This document shows positions 63,245 to 64,000 of a stretch of DNA of 64,000 bases, in pieces. The position numbers were made by a program, and so were the translations under genes. Each line of letters starts with the position of its first letter. Position 1 is the first letter of the stretch. A model generated the notes under the pieces. The model made no database searches, was not told the origin of the DNA, and worked only from the letters and a program-made list of their open reading frames with translations. The DNA comes from Cyanophyceae cyanobacterium. Lineage in GTDB: Bacteria; Cyanobacteriota; Cyanobacteriia; Cyanobacteriales; Laspinemataceae. The stretch covers positions 32,001-96,000 of the forward strand of contig JBBQFN010000006.1 in NCBI GenBank assembly GCA_038321985.1, given 5' to 3'.

Positions 63245-64000
63245 ATGACAAACTTAGAGGAACGGGGACATCTACTCACAGAGCAGGTGAACCCCAGTAG
63301 CGAAAATCTCGATCGCCTCAGTTCGCTGGAATTGGTGGATCTGTTTAATCAGGAGGACGCCAAAACCTTAGAGGCGATCGCCAGCGCCCGGACTCAACTC
63401 GCCAAAGCTATTGACCAAGCTGCGGACAAACTTCGTCAAGGTGGACGCCTATTTTATATCGGGGCGGGTACCAGTGGCCGTCTCGGGGTCCTAGATGCAG
63501 CCGAATGTCCCCCCACCTTCTGCACTCCTCCCGAAATGGTCCAGGGCATCATTGCTGGGGGTGCCGGGGCTTTAATCCGCAGTTCTGAAGACTTGGAGGA
63601 CCGCGCCGAAGATGGGGAAGATGCAGTGGTACGGCGTCACATCACGGACTTAGATGTGCTTGTCGGCATTACTGCCGGAGGCACGACTCCCTTCGTTCAA
63701 GGGGCTTTACAAGCGGCCCGTCGTCGGGGTGCCATCACGGTCTTTATCGCTTGCGTCCCTGCCGAACAGGTGAAGGTTCCTGTAGATATCGACATTCGCC
63801 TGCTAGTTGGACCTGAAATTTTAGCCGGTTCTACTCGGTTGAAAGCAGGAACTGTGACGAAAATGGCGTTAAATATTCTCTCAACTGGAGTGATGGTCAA
63901 GCTGGGAAAGGTCTACGGAAACCGCATGGTTGATGTTTCGGTGACCAATAAAAAGCTGCAAGACCGCGCCTTAAGAATTCTGGAAGATTTAACGGGGTTA
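63245..64000 (+). CDS. murQ: N-acetylmuramic acid 6-phosphate etherase, 5' part (runs off the window)
   Basis: Translates to MTNLEERGHLLTEQVNP...GAGTSGRLGVLDAAECPPTF...GSTRLKAGT...NRMVDV. Not in the ORF track because there is no stop codon. Confidence 0.95.
   Translation, partial: MTNLEERGHLLTEQVNPSSENLDRLSSLELVDLFNQEDAKTLEAIASARTQLAKAIDQAADKLRQGGRLFYIGAGTSGRLGVLDAAECPPTFCTPPEMVQGIIAGGAGALIRSSEDLEDRAEDGEDAVVRRHITDLDVLVGITAGGTTPFVQGALQAARRRGAITVFIACVPAEQVKVPVDIDIRLLVGPEILAGSTRLKAGTVTKMALNILSTGVMVKLGKVYGNRMVDVSVTNKKLQDRALRILEDLTGL

Overview
64 kb of a cyanobacterial chromosome. Evidence: psbZ, psbK, petN, a CURT1-like gene, and very frequent HIP1 octamers (GCGATCGC). Repeat types suggest a filamentous Oscillatoriales strain, but that is inference. 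Most of the window is housekeeping: dedA, a proA-like gene, tRNA-Gly, ribH, psbZ, a CBS-domain tRNA nucleotidyltransferase, ychF, aroA, cobS, tgt-psbK, GST, polA, petN, tamB, murQ. It also carries an iron cluster (two ferritin-like paralogues, FTR1, MOSC), a divergent Ni/Co ECF operon split by an antisense K+ channel gene, a four-gene two-component/c-di-GMP locus, and a DUF4258/DUF2283 pair next to a decayed gene. No CRISPR array, rRNA or intact transposase was seen. The best candidate for an undescribed system is a lipoprotein that is a clear paralogue of the ectodomain of the adjacent membrane Ser/Thr pseudokinase (13107-15174). Other oddities are an FHA domain inserted in a pentapeptide protein, ChW-like repeats in a protein with no signal peptide, a TamB with about 14 internal repeats, and a ferritin paralogue lacking ferroxidase ligands. 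All calls come from reading the sequence by eye; no searches were run.
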